64,000 nt of DNA from an uncultured Armatimonadetes bacterium (GCA_963717145.1 OY970325.1:3264001-3328000), one strand, 5' to 3'. Counted from the stretch's first letter, positions 10,922 to 21,756 are shown. Program-made: numbers and translations. Notes: generated from the letters alone by a model not told the origin.

Positions 10922-12814
10922 TCACCCCTTGCTGTCCGCCACCCTGCCGAACGCGCCTGACAAGACATCGGAATCGATGATGCACTGCATCAGGTGGTGC
11001 TTCAGATCGGCATCGAGCGACTTGAACGGCACATTCGACGCCTCGTGAATCGCGCCCTGGTAGATCTTCCATCGCTGATACTGGTTCCTCTCCATCTCCG
11101 CGAGATCGAGGTAGGTCCTGGTGAGCAGAATCCGCGCATCGGGCGACGCTCCGAGCCTGACCGCGTTTTGCAGGCACGCGACCGCCTGGGCGATCTCCCC
11201 GGTCCTCAGGTACTCCCGCGCCGATCCGAGCCACGTCTCGGCGTTCCTCGCGGTCTTCTCCTGAGACAGCAGGCCGGTGACGTAGACCTGGTAGCTGCCG
11301 GACAGATCGCAGAGCACGGCGAGCTTCGTCCCGTCGGGCGACCACCGAGGCGTCTGCTTCCGGCCCACGACCGGCGGCATCGGCACGGTCTCGGCGATCT
11401 CTGGCCTATAGCCGGTGTAGGGCTTCATGGGATTCCGCTTCCCGGAGAGTGCGGTCAGCCGGATTGTCCAGCCGAAGGTTGGGATGTCCTCCATCGGCCT
11501 GCGATAGTCCCGCACGGCCGGCTTCGTCTCCTCTGCGCTCGCGATCACCTGTCTTGAGGGGTGCCATGCGAACGGCAGCGCGCGGGATGCCACCGGATGC
11601 GGGCTCGCAGGCCCGCTTGTAGGCTCGAACAGGTCCAAGGGACGGTATGTTGCCACAACATCAAAGTAGCCTCTTCCCAAAAACTCGATGGCGAGATATC
11701 GTCCATCGCATGACCAGGCACTCCGACCGTGTATTGTGTCCGTACCGTTGCAGTAGCTCAGCCGTTCCTTGCCGGTACGAAGGTCCAGAGCAAACACATA
11801 GCCATCGGGCTCTCCGCCACTGTTGGCGTAGGCAACAGTTTGGCTGTCGGGCGACCACGACAGGTACGAATCGTTCCAGCAATCGATCCTGCGGACGCCG
11901 CCTCCGCTCACACTGCTCAGTGTCACCAACGTCAGATATGCGAACTCACCCCGGAGTATCTGCCGTACGGAAACATAGCGCCCGTCCGGTGACCACTGCA
12001 CGTAGTCAGTGGCAGAGACCTTGGACGGCTTTGTTTCGACCTCCTCCCCGCTTTTGAGGTATTCGGCATGGTAGAGCCGATGCATCTTGTCGGTACCTGG
12101 GTCGAGCGTCCAGAGTTCGGTGCGCGTGGTGAAGCCCACGAGCCGGCTGTCGGGCGACCATGTGACGTCCGAGATCGGCTTGTCGAACTCGTGGAGTGTC
12201 TGCTCGGCGGTTTCGGTGTCCACGACCATTATCCCGCCCCAGACGACCGCAGCGACCGACTTCCGATCCGGCGAGAGGCAGGGGACGCTCGCCCGGGCCA
12301 TCGGAGCGCGTGCGAGGAGTTCCGGCGGGCCGTGGAGGTCTTTGCGGTAGATGCCCTTCAGCGTCGAGTAGACCAGCGTGTCGTCGTCGAGCCACTCGAA
12401 CCAGCGGACCTCATCGTCAGACTCGGTGACCTTCCGGGCGACGAGCGGTTGGAGCCATGCATGCGTCCCCTTCGGAACATAGTCTTCGGTCGGAACATCA
12501 TAGTTGGCGGTGATGATCGGCGGCGACTTCAGGGTGCGGCGGAACTCCTGCTCGAGTGGGGCGGCATCCGGGCGCGCGAGCGACTTGTCCCCCCTGAGCA
12601 GTTCCTCGACATCGCCCGGCCCGGCGGACCCCGATTTCAGTATCGCGGCGAGAATCTCGTCAGCCGATCTCGGCTTCGGCACGAATGACGGGGCGGTAGG
12701 CACTGTCTCCACCGGCTCGTACGCAGGCGCTCTGTGCGCGAGATGCCACGCGGCGGCGAAGGCGATCAGTACAACCAGAATACCGATCAGAACGGTACCG
12801 CGCGAGATACGCAT
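10922..12814 (-). CDS. Membrane-anchored TolB/WD40-like beta-propeller protein with a C-terminal TPR-like region
   Basis: N-terminal TM helix; repeated WSPDS/WSPDG blades; RBS AGGAGG before the ATG at 12814. Confidence 0.75.
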   Translation of the reverse strand: MRISRGTVLIGILVVLIAFAAAWHLAHRAPAYEPVETVPTAPSFVPKPRSADEILAAILKSGSAGPGDVEELLRGDKSLARPDAAPLEQEFRRTLKSPPIITANYDVPTEDYVPKGTHAWLQPLVARKVTESDDEVRWFEWLDDDTLVYSTLKGIYRKDLHGPPELLARAPMARASVPCLSPDRKSVAAVVWGGIMVVDTETAEQTLHEFDKPISDVTWSPDSRLVGFTTRTELWTLDPGTDKMHRLYHAEYLKSGEEVETKPSKVSATDYVQWSPDGRYVSVRQILRGEFAYLTLVTLSSVSGGGVRRIDCWNDSYLSWSPDSQTVAYANSGGEPDGYVFALDLRTGKERLSYCNGTDTIHGRSAWSCDGRYLAIEFLGRGYFDVVATYRPLDLFEPTSGPASPHPVASRALPFAWHPSRQVIASAEETKPAVRDYRRPMEDIPTFGWTIRLTALSGKRNPMKPYTGYRPEIAETVPMPPVVGRKQTPRWSPDGTKLAVLCDLSGSYQVYVTGLLSQEKTARNAETWLGSAREYLRTGEIAQAVACLQNAVRLGASPDARILLTRTYLDLAEMERNQYQRWKIYQGAIHEASNVPFKSLDADLKHHLMQCIIDSDVLSGAFGRVADSKG

Positions 12815-12977
12815 GGTCGTCGCCTCCTGAAATGGCTTACGTCCATATATTCCCGGAAGTTTCAGACCACAGACACCATGGCGCCCAAGATGTCCCCCTT
12901 GCGAAGGGGGACCGGCCTCTGGGCCGAGGGGGTCTGCTCTCTCGCGGGGCAGGAGATCGGCGGGGGCTCGCCTAAGT

Positions 12978-14771
12978 GTGGAGTATCCACATCCCAGGAA
13001 GGTTGTTTTGACTAGACTTACGCTGATCTCGCTGACCGTTGCCGTACTGCTCGCCGGGCGCCTGTTGTCCGATGGTTCGCCGGAACTCAAGTTCAAAGAG
13101 GACTTCATCCGCGGGCTGGCCGCCGCCGTGCCGGGTATCATGAAGACTCAGGACCCGAAGTCCGGGCGCTTCGGGACGGGGATCTGGATCGTGACCGATC
13201 AGAACGTGATGTTCACCCTGGCGGTCGCTTGGGCCACTGAGTCCCCCGATAACCCGTATCACCACGATCAGAAAGTCCTCTACTCCATCGTCATCGCCGG
13301 TGATGCGCTGATCGAGGATGCCGACGTGAACGGCCAGTGGGAGTTTCGCAAGAAAGACGGCTCGACCTGGGGCAAGATATACATGCCGTGGACGTACGCC
13401 GCCTGGATCAGATCGTACGCACTTGTGCGCGAGGGCATGACGACCGAGGAGCGGAAGCGCTGGGACGAGGCTCTCATCCACGGATACACGAATATCTCGA
13501 AGACGCAGCTTGCGAAGGTCCACAACATCCCGGCGTTCCACGCGATGGGGCTCTACATCGCCGGAAGGGTTTTCGACCGACCGGAATGGCGCGATCAGGC
13601 GAAGGAGTTCCTCGGCAAGGTCATCGCCGAGCAGGATCCCGCCGGTTTCTGGTCGGAGAACTACGGACCGGTGGTCATGTACGGCTCGGTGTACACCAGC
13701 GCGCTCGGGATATACTACGCGGTCTCGCGCGACGAGTCGGTCATGCCCGCACTGGAGCGCGCTACCGGCTTCTACGCGAACTTCATCTACCCGAACGGAG
13801 CGGCGATCGAGACGGTCGACGAACGCAATCCGTACCACGGGTCCGTGCGCTGGCCGAACGTTTCATTTACACTCACTCCCGAGGGACGCGGCTTCGTCAG
13901 CCGGCAGAAGGACCTCCTGGCGCGGAAGGACCTGCCGATCTCGGCCGACAACATGGCGGACTACATCGCCTACGGGCAGGAGGGCTCGACAGCGTTGACG
14001 GCGGCGCAGGAGATCGACCGGACGTTCGTGCTGAGCGATGGGCAGGCGCTGATCCGGCGAAAGGGGCCGTGGTTCGCCTGCCTCTCCTCCTACTGCTGCT
14101 CGATCCCTAAGAGCCGCTGGATTCAGGACCGCCAGAACCTGGTGAGCATCTACCACGACAAGTGCGGGCTGATCCTCGGCGGTGGGAACACCAAACTCCA
14201 ACCGCTGTGGAGCAACTTCACGGTCGGCGACATCTCGCTCCTGACGCACAAGCCGGGCGACATCGCGCCGAACTTCACGCCGACGGGACCGCTCTTCCAC
14301 GTGCCGTCGGAGGCGTCGATCAAGCAGGACGATCCGGTCGGGCTGAACCTGACCTACGGCGAGGAGCGCTGCCACATCTTCATCGAGCCGATCGATGACG
14401 ACACGGCGCTCATCCACATGCGATCGACCTTGCGCTCGGGGATGCCGATCGAGGGGCACATCACGCTCATTCCGCACCTCGGTCAGACGCTACGTACCGG
14501 GAAGGCTACCGAGCGGATCCTGGGCGAGGACGCGTTCACCCTGACGAGCGAGGAGGCCGGCGGATGGATCGCACACGGTGGATGGAGGCTCTCACTGCCG
14601 GAGGGGTCGAAGGTGATCTGGCCGGCGCTCCCGCACAATCCGTATCGCAAGGACGGCTCGGCAACCGCGGGAGAGGGGCGGATCGTGATCTCGCTGCCCT
14701 TCTCGCCGGACCATGAGGAATATGTGCTCGAGATGGAGATCGGTGACCGATCACCGATTACAGATCACTGA
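12978..14771 (+). CDS. Secreted hypothetical protein; helical N-part and beta-rich C-part, possibly carbohydrate-active
   Basis: Long ORF with genome-like codon use and a signal-like N-terminus; family not confidently recognised. Confidence 0.6.
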   Translation: MEYPHPRKVVLTRLTLISLTVAVLLAGRLLSDGSPELKFKEDFIRGLAAAVPGIMKTQDPKSGRFGTGIWIVTDQNVMFTLAVAWATESPDNPYHHDQKVLYSIVIAGDALIEDADVNGQWEFRKKDGSTWGKIYMPWTYAAWIRSYALVREGMTTEERKRWDEALIHGYTNISKTQLAKVHNIPAFHAMGLYIAGRVFDRPEWRDQAKEFLGKVIAEQDPAGFWSENYGPVVMYGSVYTSALGIYYAVSRDESVMPALERATGFYANFIYPNGAAIETVDERNPYHGSVRWPNVSFTLTPEGRGFVSRQKDLLARKDLPISADNMADYIAYGQEGSTALTAAQEIDRTFVLSDGQALIRRKGPWFACLSSYCCSIPKSRWIQDRQNLVSIYHDKCGLILGGGNTKLQPLWSNFTVGDISLLTHKPGDIAPNFTPTGPLFHVPSEASIKQDDPVGLNLTYGEERCHIFIEPIDDDTALIHMRSTLRSGMPIEGHITLIPHLGQTLRTGKATERILGEDAFTLTSEEAGGWIAHGGWRLSLPEGSKVIWPALPHNPYRKDGSATAGEGRIVISLPFSPDHEEYVLEMEIGDRSPITDH

Positions 14772-14799
14772 TTACCGATGACCGATCACTGATTACTGA

Positions 14800-15300
14800 T
14801 CACTTCCGCCTCACCTGGTAGCGGATGTACACCTTCCGTTCGGAAGCGTTCGGGCGGGTGACGTACTCCTCCTCGTGCATGCCGGCGATCTCGCAGCCAC
14901 TCGACTCGATGAAAGAGCGCAGATACTCGATGGTCGGGCCTTCCTCACTGAACGGGCCGACGTGGAGTATCTGGGCGATCATGCCGTACTCCCATACCTC
15001 GATCCGCACCTCGGGCCGCTCGACCTTCGCGGGCAGCTCAGTCGTGCCGTCGGGGATCGGGAACGCCCATGAGACGGCCCTCGGGACCGCATCATCCCAT
15101 CGGGCGCGGAGGGCATGCACGCTGAAGTCGTCCTTGCCCTCTTTCCGAAGCTGGAATTTCAGGCCGTAGACCGCGCCATACAGCGCCTGGAGCACGTCCT
15201 CGTCTACCTCGCTCGGGACGCCCCTGCGATCCACTACGGCCATGGTGTACGACGGCAAGTCGAATATCCTCGGCTCCTTGAACCGCTCTTCTCCGGGCAT
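14800..15300 (-). CDS. GyrI-like small-molecule binding domain protein
   Basis: LYGAVYGLKF...AQILHVGPFSEEGPTI...HEEEY; AGGAGG RBS. Confidence 0.85.
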   Translation of the reverse strand: MPGEERFKEPRIFDLPSYTMAVVDRRGVPSEVDEDVLQALYGAVYGLKFQLRKEGKDDFSVHALRARWDDAVPRAVSWAFPIPDGTTELPAKVERPEVRIEVWEYGMIAQILHVGPFSEEGPTIEYLRSFIESSGCEIAGMHEEEYVTRPNASERKVYIRYQVRRK

Positions 15301-15459
15301 AGAGGTCACCTCCTGCAGGAGTCCGACCGGGCGGGCGTTGAAGCCCGCCCCTACAGAATGCGTTACACATGAGGCGGCGCGTCTCCTCCCGTTGGGAGGC
15401 GATCGGCCGACTGATGGAGAAGATCAAGTTGTGAAACAAACACCTGGAGAGGACACATA

Positions 15460-16431
15460 TTGAACAGGCATTTCGAACCACTACGGCCCAACCGCTTCGC
15501 GGGCGTGAACGACCGATACGAGTTCGCGCACGGGACGAACTCCGTGTGCGCGTACGATATCGGCACGCTGGACTTCGTGAAGGAGATTCCGGTCGGGATC
15601 GAGCCGGATTGCCATGCGACGTCGATGAGCAACCGGTGGCTCTACATGGCATGCGCCGACGGCCTGTGGTGCATCGACCAGGAGTCGCTCGAAGTGGCGA
15701 AGGTGCTGGACACCGGCCACGTCTACGCCACCAACGTCATGCCCGATGGGGACACGATGCTCCTGCACGACGCGTTCGGCGGGATCTTCGTCCTCAAGGG
15801 CATCGAGGACATGGACCGCATCCATATCGACAGACGGCTCGACGTGCTCGGGACGAATACGTGCCGCGACACGCTCGGCGGCAAGGGGCACTTCATCGAC
15901 GGCGGACGATACTATCTCTGCGCGGCGTGGAATCATGGGAAGCTGTTCACCGTCGATATGGAGAACGATTACGCGGTCGAGACGTTCATGGGCACTCAGG
16001 CGGAGTTGGCGATGGGCGACGACCTGGTGGTCAGCCGCAACAAATCGAAGGCATACGTCGCATGCTACCACTCACAAAGCTGGCTCGCGGTGGTCGATGT
16101 CACCCGGCGCGAGGTGATCAAGACGATCCCGACCGGTTCCGGATCGTGCGGTCTGACGATGACCAACGACGAGCGGTACGTCATCGCGTCGAACGATCAG
16201 GACGACTCCATCAGCGTGATCGACACGGAGATCGACGAGGTGGTCGCCACTCCGTGTACGCGTGAAGGCTTCGATAACCTCGGAATCACCGGCTACATCC
16301 AAGGGATCAGCATCGGGCGGAACGATGAGGTCTACGTCTACGGCTGCTCGGGAAACGGCGCGCTCGTGCGGTTCACAGATATTGCATCGAGCGGCACTTG
16401 GAGGATATCGTATCCCGGAGGGAAGCTGTGA
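15460..16431 (+). CDS. YncE/YVTN-type beta-propeller protein
   Basis: KEIPVGIEP, VIKTIPTG, DDSISVIDT repeats. Confidence 0.75.
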   Translation: MNRHFEPLRPNRFAGVNDRYEFAHGTNSVCAYDIGTLDFVKEIPVGIEPDCHATSMSNRWLYMACADGLWCIDQESLEVAKVLDTGHVYATNVMPDGDTMLLHDAFGGIFVLKGIEDMDRIHIDRRLDVLGTNTCRDTLGGKGHFIDGGRYYLCAAWNHGKLFTVDMENDYAVETFMGTQAELAMGDDLVVSRNKSKAYVACYHSQSWLAVVDVTRREVIKTIPTGSGSCGLTMTNDERYVIASNDQDDSISVIDTEIDEVVATPCTREGFDNLGITGYIQGISIGRNDEVYVYGCSGNGALVRFTDIASSGTWRISYPGGKL

Positions 16432-17780
16432 CAAGACTCAGATCGGCACTAATCACGGTGGGATGCATGCTCATCGCAGCAGTTAGCGCATCGGCCGGGA
16501 TGCCGGAGCGCGTGGTGCTCGATAACGGGCTGGTGGTGATACTCGCGCCCATTGCCGGATCGGGCCAGGTGGCGATCGAGTCGTTCTACCGGACGGGGTT
16601 TGTCGACGAACCGGAGGGAATGCCTCAAGCGTCACACCTGGTCGAGCATCTGGTCTGCCAGTCCGCTACCAAGAGCTTCAAGGCCGGCGAGTCCTTCGAA
16701 CTGCTCAATGCGGGCCGCATGACGAATGCCGAGACGATGGCCTGTTTCACTCACTTCGACTACGAGATACCGTCCGCCGACCTCGAACTGGCGCTTCAGG
16801 TCGAGGGCGAACGGCTCTCCAGTCTCAGCATCACCCAGGATGTCATCAGCAGGGAACTGCCCAAGTGCTACGCGGAGGCCGCTCAGGTCGAACGCAACCC
16901 AGAGTTGGACATGTACAAGTTCGCCTTCGCCGCGCTCGGACAGGCGTGGCGGTACAAGGTGACCTCGGCCACGGTGAAGTCGGGCCTTGAAAAAGCACCC
17001 CTCATGAAGATCGATGAGTACCACAAGTCGCGGTACCAGCCATCCGGGGCGGTCCTGACCCTGGTCGGGGACTTCGATCGCGTCGGGGCGCTCGCCATGG
17101 CGAAGAAGTACCTGGGGAACATCCCCTCGCAGAAACTCGTTCCGGCGAAACCGATCGAATGGGAGAAGCTGCCGAGCAGGACCGAGGTGAAATGGGATTC
17201 CGGCCTGCGGGCGGTCTGCATCGCATTCCGTCCCGCCGGCGATGCGACCGACCGGCATCTGCTTCACACATGGGGAGGGGTCATTTCGCCGAAGCTCGCA
17301 TCCGACGAACAGATCACCAAGCTGGCGGACTTCGTCACCTGCTCGGACCCCGTCTGGACCTTGAACAGCCTGCCGTTCTTCATCTATGCCGTCCCGAAGC
17401 CGGCGGTCAGCATCGACGATCTGAGGAAGGCGCTGGAGTCGCACCTGACCGAGATGCTCTCGCAGCCTCAGACGAAAGATGATCTCGCTCAGGTGATCGC
17501 CATTGCCCAGCAGATCGGGAAGGCACCCGTACCCGCGAGGGAGGTGATCGTCGATGCGGCAAAGCAGATGTATCCCCTGTTGAACGCGAAGCAGGGGGAA
17601 ACGATGGTGATGGGCCAGATCGCGCTGGAGTTCGGCTTCGAGGAACTGATCACGCGCGGCGACCCGAACTACCTCTCATCCTCGGTGGGGAAGACTCCGG
17701 ATGCCGTCGTGGCTCGTCTCAAGGAGATGCTCGATCCAGGCAGGGAGTTCGTCACTGTGATACTGCCGATAAGTCAATAG
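16428..17780 (+). CDS. M16 (insulinase) family zinc peptidase-like protein, secreted
   Basis: LDNGLVVIL; G.SHLVEH inverted zinc motif; YQPSGAVLTLVGDFD; GTGA start/stop overlap with the upstream gene. Confidence 0.8.
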   Translation: MTRLRSALITVGCMLIAAVSASAGMPERVVLDNGLVVILAPIAGSGQVAIESFYRTGFVDEPEGMPQASHLVEHLVCQSATKSFKAGESFELLNAGRMTNAETMACFTHFDYEIPSADLELALQVEGERLSSLSITQDVISRELPKCYAEAAQVERNPELDMYKFAFAALGQAWRYKVTSATVKSGLEKAPLMKIDEYHKSRYQPSGAVLTLVGDFDRVGALAMAKKYLGNIPSQKLVPAKPIEWEKLPSRTEVKWDSGLRAVCIAFRPAGDATDRHLLHTWGGVISPKLASDEQITKLADFVTCSDPVWTLNSLPFFIYAVPKPAVSIDDLRKALESHLTEMLSQPQTKDDLAQVIAIAQQIGKAPVPAREVIVDAAKQMYPLLNAKQGETMVMGQIALEFGFEELITRGDPNYLSSSVGKTPDAVVARLKEMLDPGREFVTVILPISQ

Positions 17781-17827
17781 GCTGATGTATCCGAAGCCGG
17801 CCACCCATTTCGCCTTAACACCGATTT

Positions 17828-17854
17828 AAAGGAATTCCGGCGAGAGCGTCGAAT
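17828..17854 (+). promoter_or_regulatory. SigH-type promoter candidate
   Basis: AAAGGAATT-11bp-GTCGAAT matches the Bacillus SigH consensus. Confidence 0.45.
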
Positions 17855-17896
17855 CATTGATCCGTACCTGAGCACAGCACTGATCGGAGTACGGCA

Positions 17897-20054
17897 GTGG
17901 GTGCATTCCTGGACAAGCACCAGAGCACGGTCATCGTCCTCTGCCTCGCGACCCTTACTCTCGCAGTTTTCTTCCAGGTCACAGGGCATGAGTTCCTCAA
18001 CTACGACGACAACCTCTACGTCGCTGCGAATCCCCACGTCAACAGCGGCCTGAATTCCGCGAATGTGGCGTGGGCGTTCGGCGCCTTCCGCGCCGGGAAC
18101 TGGCATCCCCTCACATGGATCTCCCTGATGCTCGACGCGTCGGTCTTCGGGAAAGAAGCCTGGGGCTTCCATCTCATGAATCTGCTGCTCCACATCGCCA
18201 ACGTGCTCCTGCTCTTCGTCCTCCTAAGCCGAATGACAGGACTGGCATGGAGAAGTGCGTTCATCGCCGCTCTCTTCGCGATCCATCCGCTGCACGTCGA
18301 ATCCGTCGCATGGATCGCCGAGCGGAAGGACGTCCTGAGCACGCTGTTCTGGCTGCTGACGATGCTCGCGTATGTCGGCTACACGCGCAGGCCCTCGTTG
18401 CCGAGGTACGCCGGCGTCGTGGTGCTCTTCGCGCTCGGACTCATGGCGAAACCGATGTTGGTGACGCTTCCGTTCGTCCTGCTGTTGATGGACTACTGGC
18501 CGCTGGGACGAATCAGCGCGTTCCGTAGGGGAGGCCTTCGACGGCCTCCCGCTACGGGCGACCACGGAAGGGTCGCCCCCTCGGAAACCGGGAGGCCGTT
18601 GAAGGCCTCCCCTGCGGCACTCATCCGGGAAAAGGTCCCGCTCCTGATCCTGGCCGCCGGATCGTGCATCGTCACCTACACCGCCCAGCAAGCAGGGGGC
18701 GCGATGGCAGGTTTCCATGGCGTACCGTTTGGGCTGCGGGTGGAAAACGCGCTTGTCTCGTACATGATCTACATCGCAAAGACGCTGGTTCCGATCCGAT
18801 TGGCTGTCTTCTATCCCTACTCCGGGTCGATCCCATCGTGGGAGATCATCGCGTCGATCATGCTTCTGGCGGGGATATCGTATGCGGTCTATCGGTTGCG
18901 AAACGGCAGGCCCTACCTGGCCGTCGGATGGTTGTGGTTCCTCGTGACGCTCGTGCCGGTGATCGGGCTGATCCAGGTCGGCCAGCAGTCGATGGCGGAC
19001 CGGTACACGTATGTGCCGCTCATCGGGTTATTCATGATGGTAGTGTATGGGAGTATGGGAGTGTGGGAGTATGGGCGAGGGCGGCCCGACACGCCCAAAC
19101 CCCCATACTCCCATACCCCCATACTCTCCCTCGTCGCCATTGCCGTTCTCTCGATCCTCTCCTGGCGGCAGGTCGGATTCTGGCGGGACGACCACACACT
19201 GTTCACGCACGCGCTGGCGGTGACGACGCGCAATCACCTGGCGCACGCGAACCTCGGGGTGGCCCAGTACGACGCCGGCAATCTGGACCAGGCGCTCGAT
19301 CACTTCCGGCAAGCGGTGGAGATCAAGCCGAACGAAGCCGTGGCCCAGTGCAGCCTTGGGACGGTCTTGATGAAGCTTAACCACACCGACGATGCCGTCG
19401 AGCATCTCGAGGCGGCCGTTCGCCTCAACAACGACCTGGAGGAGGCGCATAACAACCTGGGTGTTCTCTACTCCGGCCAGGGTCAGCATGAACAGGCCGT
19501 CACTCACTATCGGGAAGCGCTTCGGATCGACCCGGACAGTGCTGACGCTCACTTCAACCTGGCAGCAGCCTTGGCCGCATCCGACAATCCTCAGGATGCG
19601 ATCAGGGAATACTGCGAGGCGATCCGATTGAATCCGGACGATCCCGCAGCGCACAACAACCTCGGAGGCATCTACGCTCGGCTTGGGCGAAGGCAGGATG
19701 CCGTGGTCGAGTTCAAGGTGGCGCTGAGACTGAGATCCCCAGAATGCGAGCGCCATAGCGAATCTCGAAAAGGCTCTCGGCGGCAGGGGCCGTTCCGATG
19801 CGGCGTCGGAGAGCAAGCTCGGCGATGAGGCGATGCGCACGAGCGACTGGGGTGGAGCCATCAAGCACTACTGCAGGGCGCTGGAGGCCGAGCCGGGTCG
19901 GGTGCAGATCCGAAACAACCTGGCGGCGGCATACTACTTCGGCGGCCTGTACGACCAGGCGTGGAAGCAGATCCGCCTGTGCCGAAAGTACGGTGGCACG
20001 CCCAGGCCGGAGCTTGTCAGGCTGCTGTCCGAGAAGACGCCCGAGCCGCAATGA
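17897..20054 (+). CDS. GT-C-like multi-TM protein with C-terminal TPR repeats (TMTC-like); frameshift near 19734
   Basis: NYDDNLYV, WHPLTWIS, HPLHVESVAWIAERKD, ADRYTY, TPR repeats (AHNNLG); the frame after 19734 continues DPQNASAIANLEK into ORF 19833..20054. Confidence 0.85.
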
Positions 20055-20192
20055 AGGCCAACCGGCAACGAATGTCGAACGAATAAGCGAATCATGCCCA
20101 TACCACTTGCACGATGCGCCGACGACAGGAGTCGTCAGGGTATCACACACGTGGCGGAGGGTTGCCGGGTAGAATTCGGGAGGAAGAGACAT

Positions 20193-21584
20193 ATGGCACA
20201 TGAGATATCGAGAAGAGAATTCCTGAAGGGGTCGCTGGCGGGGGCGGCGTGCCTCGGACTGGGCGGGCTGTCGATCCCGGCGCTCGCCGGGTCGCAGCGG
20301 AAGCCGAACTTCGTCATCATCTTCTGCGATGACCTCGGCTACCAGGATGTCGGCTGCTTCGGGTCGCCTTTGATCAAGACCCCGAACATCGACCGCATGG
20401 CCGCTGAAGGCATGAGGTTCACCGATTTCCATTCCGCCGCGCCGGTATGCACTCCGAGCCGGGCCGCGCTGATGACCGGGTGCTATCCCCAGCGCGTCAA
20501 CCTGCCACAGGTCATCAACTACAGCCACACGATCGGCATCAGTTCCAAAGAGATCACCATGGCCGAACTGCTCAGGGGCCAGGGATACGCGACGGCCTGC
20601 ATCGGGAAGTGGCATTTGGGCTGGCAGAAGGAGTTCCTCCCGACGCGGCACGGTTTCGACTACTACTACGGCCTCCCATACAGCAACGACATGAAGTATG
20701 AGGATGATCGGCTTGCTCCGTTGATCCGCGGCGAGGAGATCCTCGAGCACCCGGCGGTTCAGGAAACACTCACCCAGCGGTATACCGATGAGGCGATCCA
20801 GTTCATGACGAAGCACAGGGACGAGCCGTTCCTTGTTTACCTGCCGCATACCTTCCCGCACAAGCCGCTCCACGTATCGAAGGAGTTCGCCGGCAAGTCC
20901 GCCCGCGGCCTCTATGGCGATGTGGTGGAGTGCATCGATTGGAGCACCGGCCGAATCATGGACGCGATCAAGGAGTTGGGCCTCGATGACAATACCGTGG
21001 TGGTATTCACATCGGACAACGGGCCATGGCTGATCATGAAGGAAGAGGGCGGCAGCGCGCTTCCGCTCCGGAAGGGCAAGGGTACGACCTGGGAGGGCGG
21101 TATGCGCGAGCCGACGATCATGCGCTGGCCCGGGCACATCCCGGCGGGTACGGAGTGCTCCGAACTGGCTACGATGATGGACCTCTACCCGACCTTCGCC
21201 GGGCTCTCAGGCGCGAAGTTGCCGACGGACCGCGTGATCGACGGGAAGGATATACGGCCGCTGATGGAGGGCAAGCCGGGCGCGGTATCGCCTTACGAGG
21301 TGTTCTACTACTACAGAGCGGATGAGCTTCAGGCGGTCCGCTCGGGCAAGTGGAAGCTCGTCCTGCCGCACACGGATCAGCCGGACAAGGAGAGTATCCC
21401 TCTGTCGCTCTACAACCTCGACGCCGACATCAGCGAGGCGACGAACGTCATCGACAAGTACCCGAGCATCGTCGCGCATCTGCAGAAGTACGTCGAGCAG
21501 GCGAGAGAGGACCTTGGAGATAAGACGACCAATGTCGTCGGCAAAGGCCGACGGCCTTGCGGGCAGCTTGCGCCGGCAAAGTAG
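20193..21584 (+). CDS. Arylsulfatase-family sulfatase with Tat signal
   Basis: SRREFLK Tat motif; DDLG; CTPSRAALMTG; GKWHLG; FTSDNG. Confidence 0.95.
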   Translation: MAHEISRREFLKGSLAGAACLGLGGLSIPALAGSQRKPNFVIIFCDDLGYQDVGCFGSPLIKTPNIDRMAAEGMRFTDFHSAAPVCTPSRAALMTGCYPQRVNLPQVINYSHTIGISSKEITMAELLRGQGYATACIGKWHLGWQKEFLPTRHGFDYYYGLPYSNDMKYEDDRLAPLIRGEEILEHPAVQETLTQRYTDEAIQFMTKHRDEPFLVYLPHTFPHKPLHVSKEFAGKSARGLYGDVVECIDWSTGRIMDAIKELGLDDNTVVVFTSDNGPWLIMKEEGGSALPLRKGKGTTWEGGMREPTIMRWPGHIPAGTECSELATMMDLYPTFAGLSGAKLPTDRVIDGKDIRPLMEGKPGAVSPYEVFYYYRADELQAVRSGKWKLVLPHTDQPDKESIPLSLYNLDADISEATNVIDKYPSIVAHLQKYVEQAREDLGDKTTNVVGKGRRPCGQLAPAK

Positions 21585-21756
21585 ATAACCGCCAAGACGC
21601 CGGGAACGCCAAGAAACCCTGGACGTGACGCGGGCTGGAGTACAACTCCAGCCCGAACACATGGTTTGTTCCGTTCGTCCCCAACGACTGTTCGGGCTGG
21701 AGTTGTACTCCAGCCCGCGCCCCTATCTCGCGGCGGGAGCGGCCGTTCCCTGCGGA

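Noticed and set aside
12815-13141. N-terminal extension of the beta-propeller ORF
   Set aside because: It overlaps the divergent gene and a hairpin repeat; the RBS and signal anchor support the start at 12814
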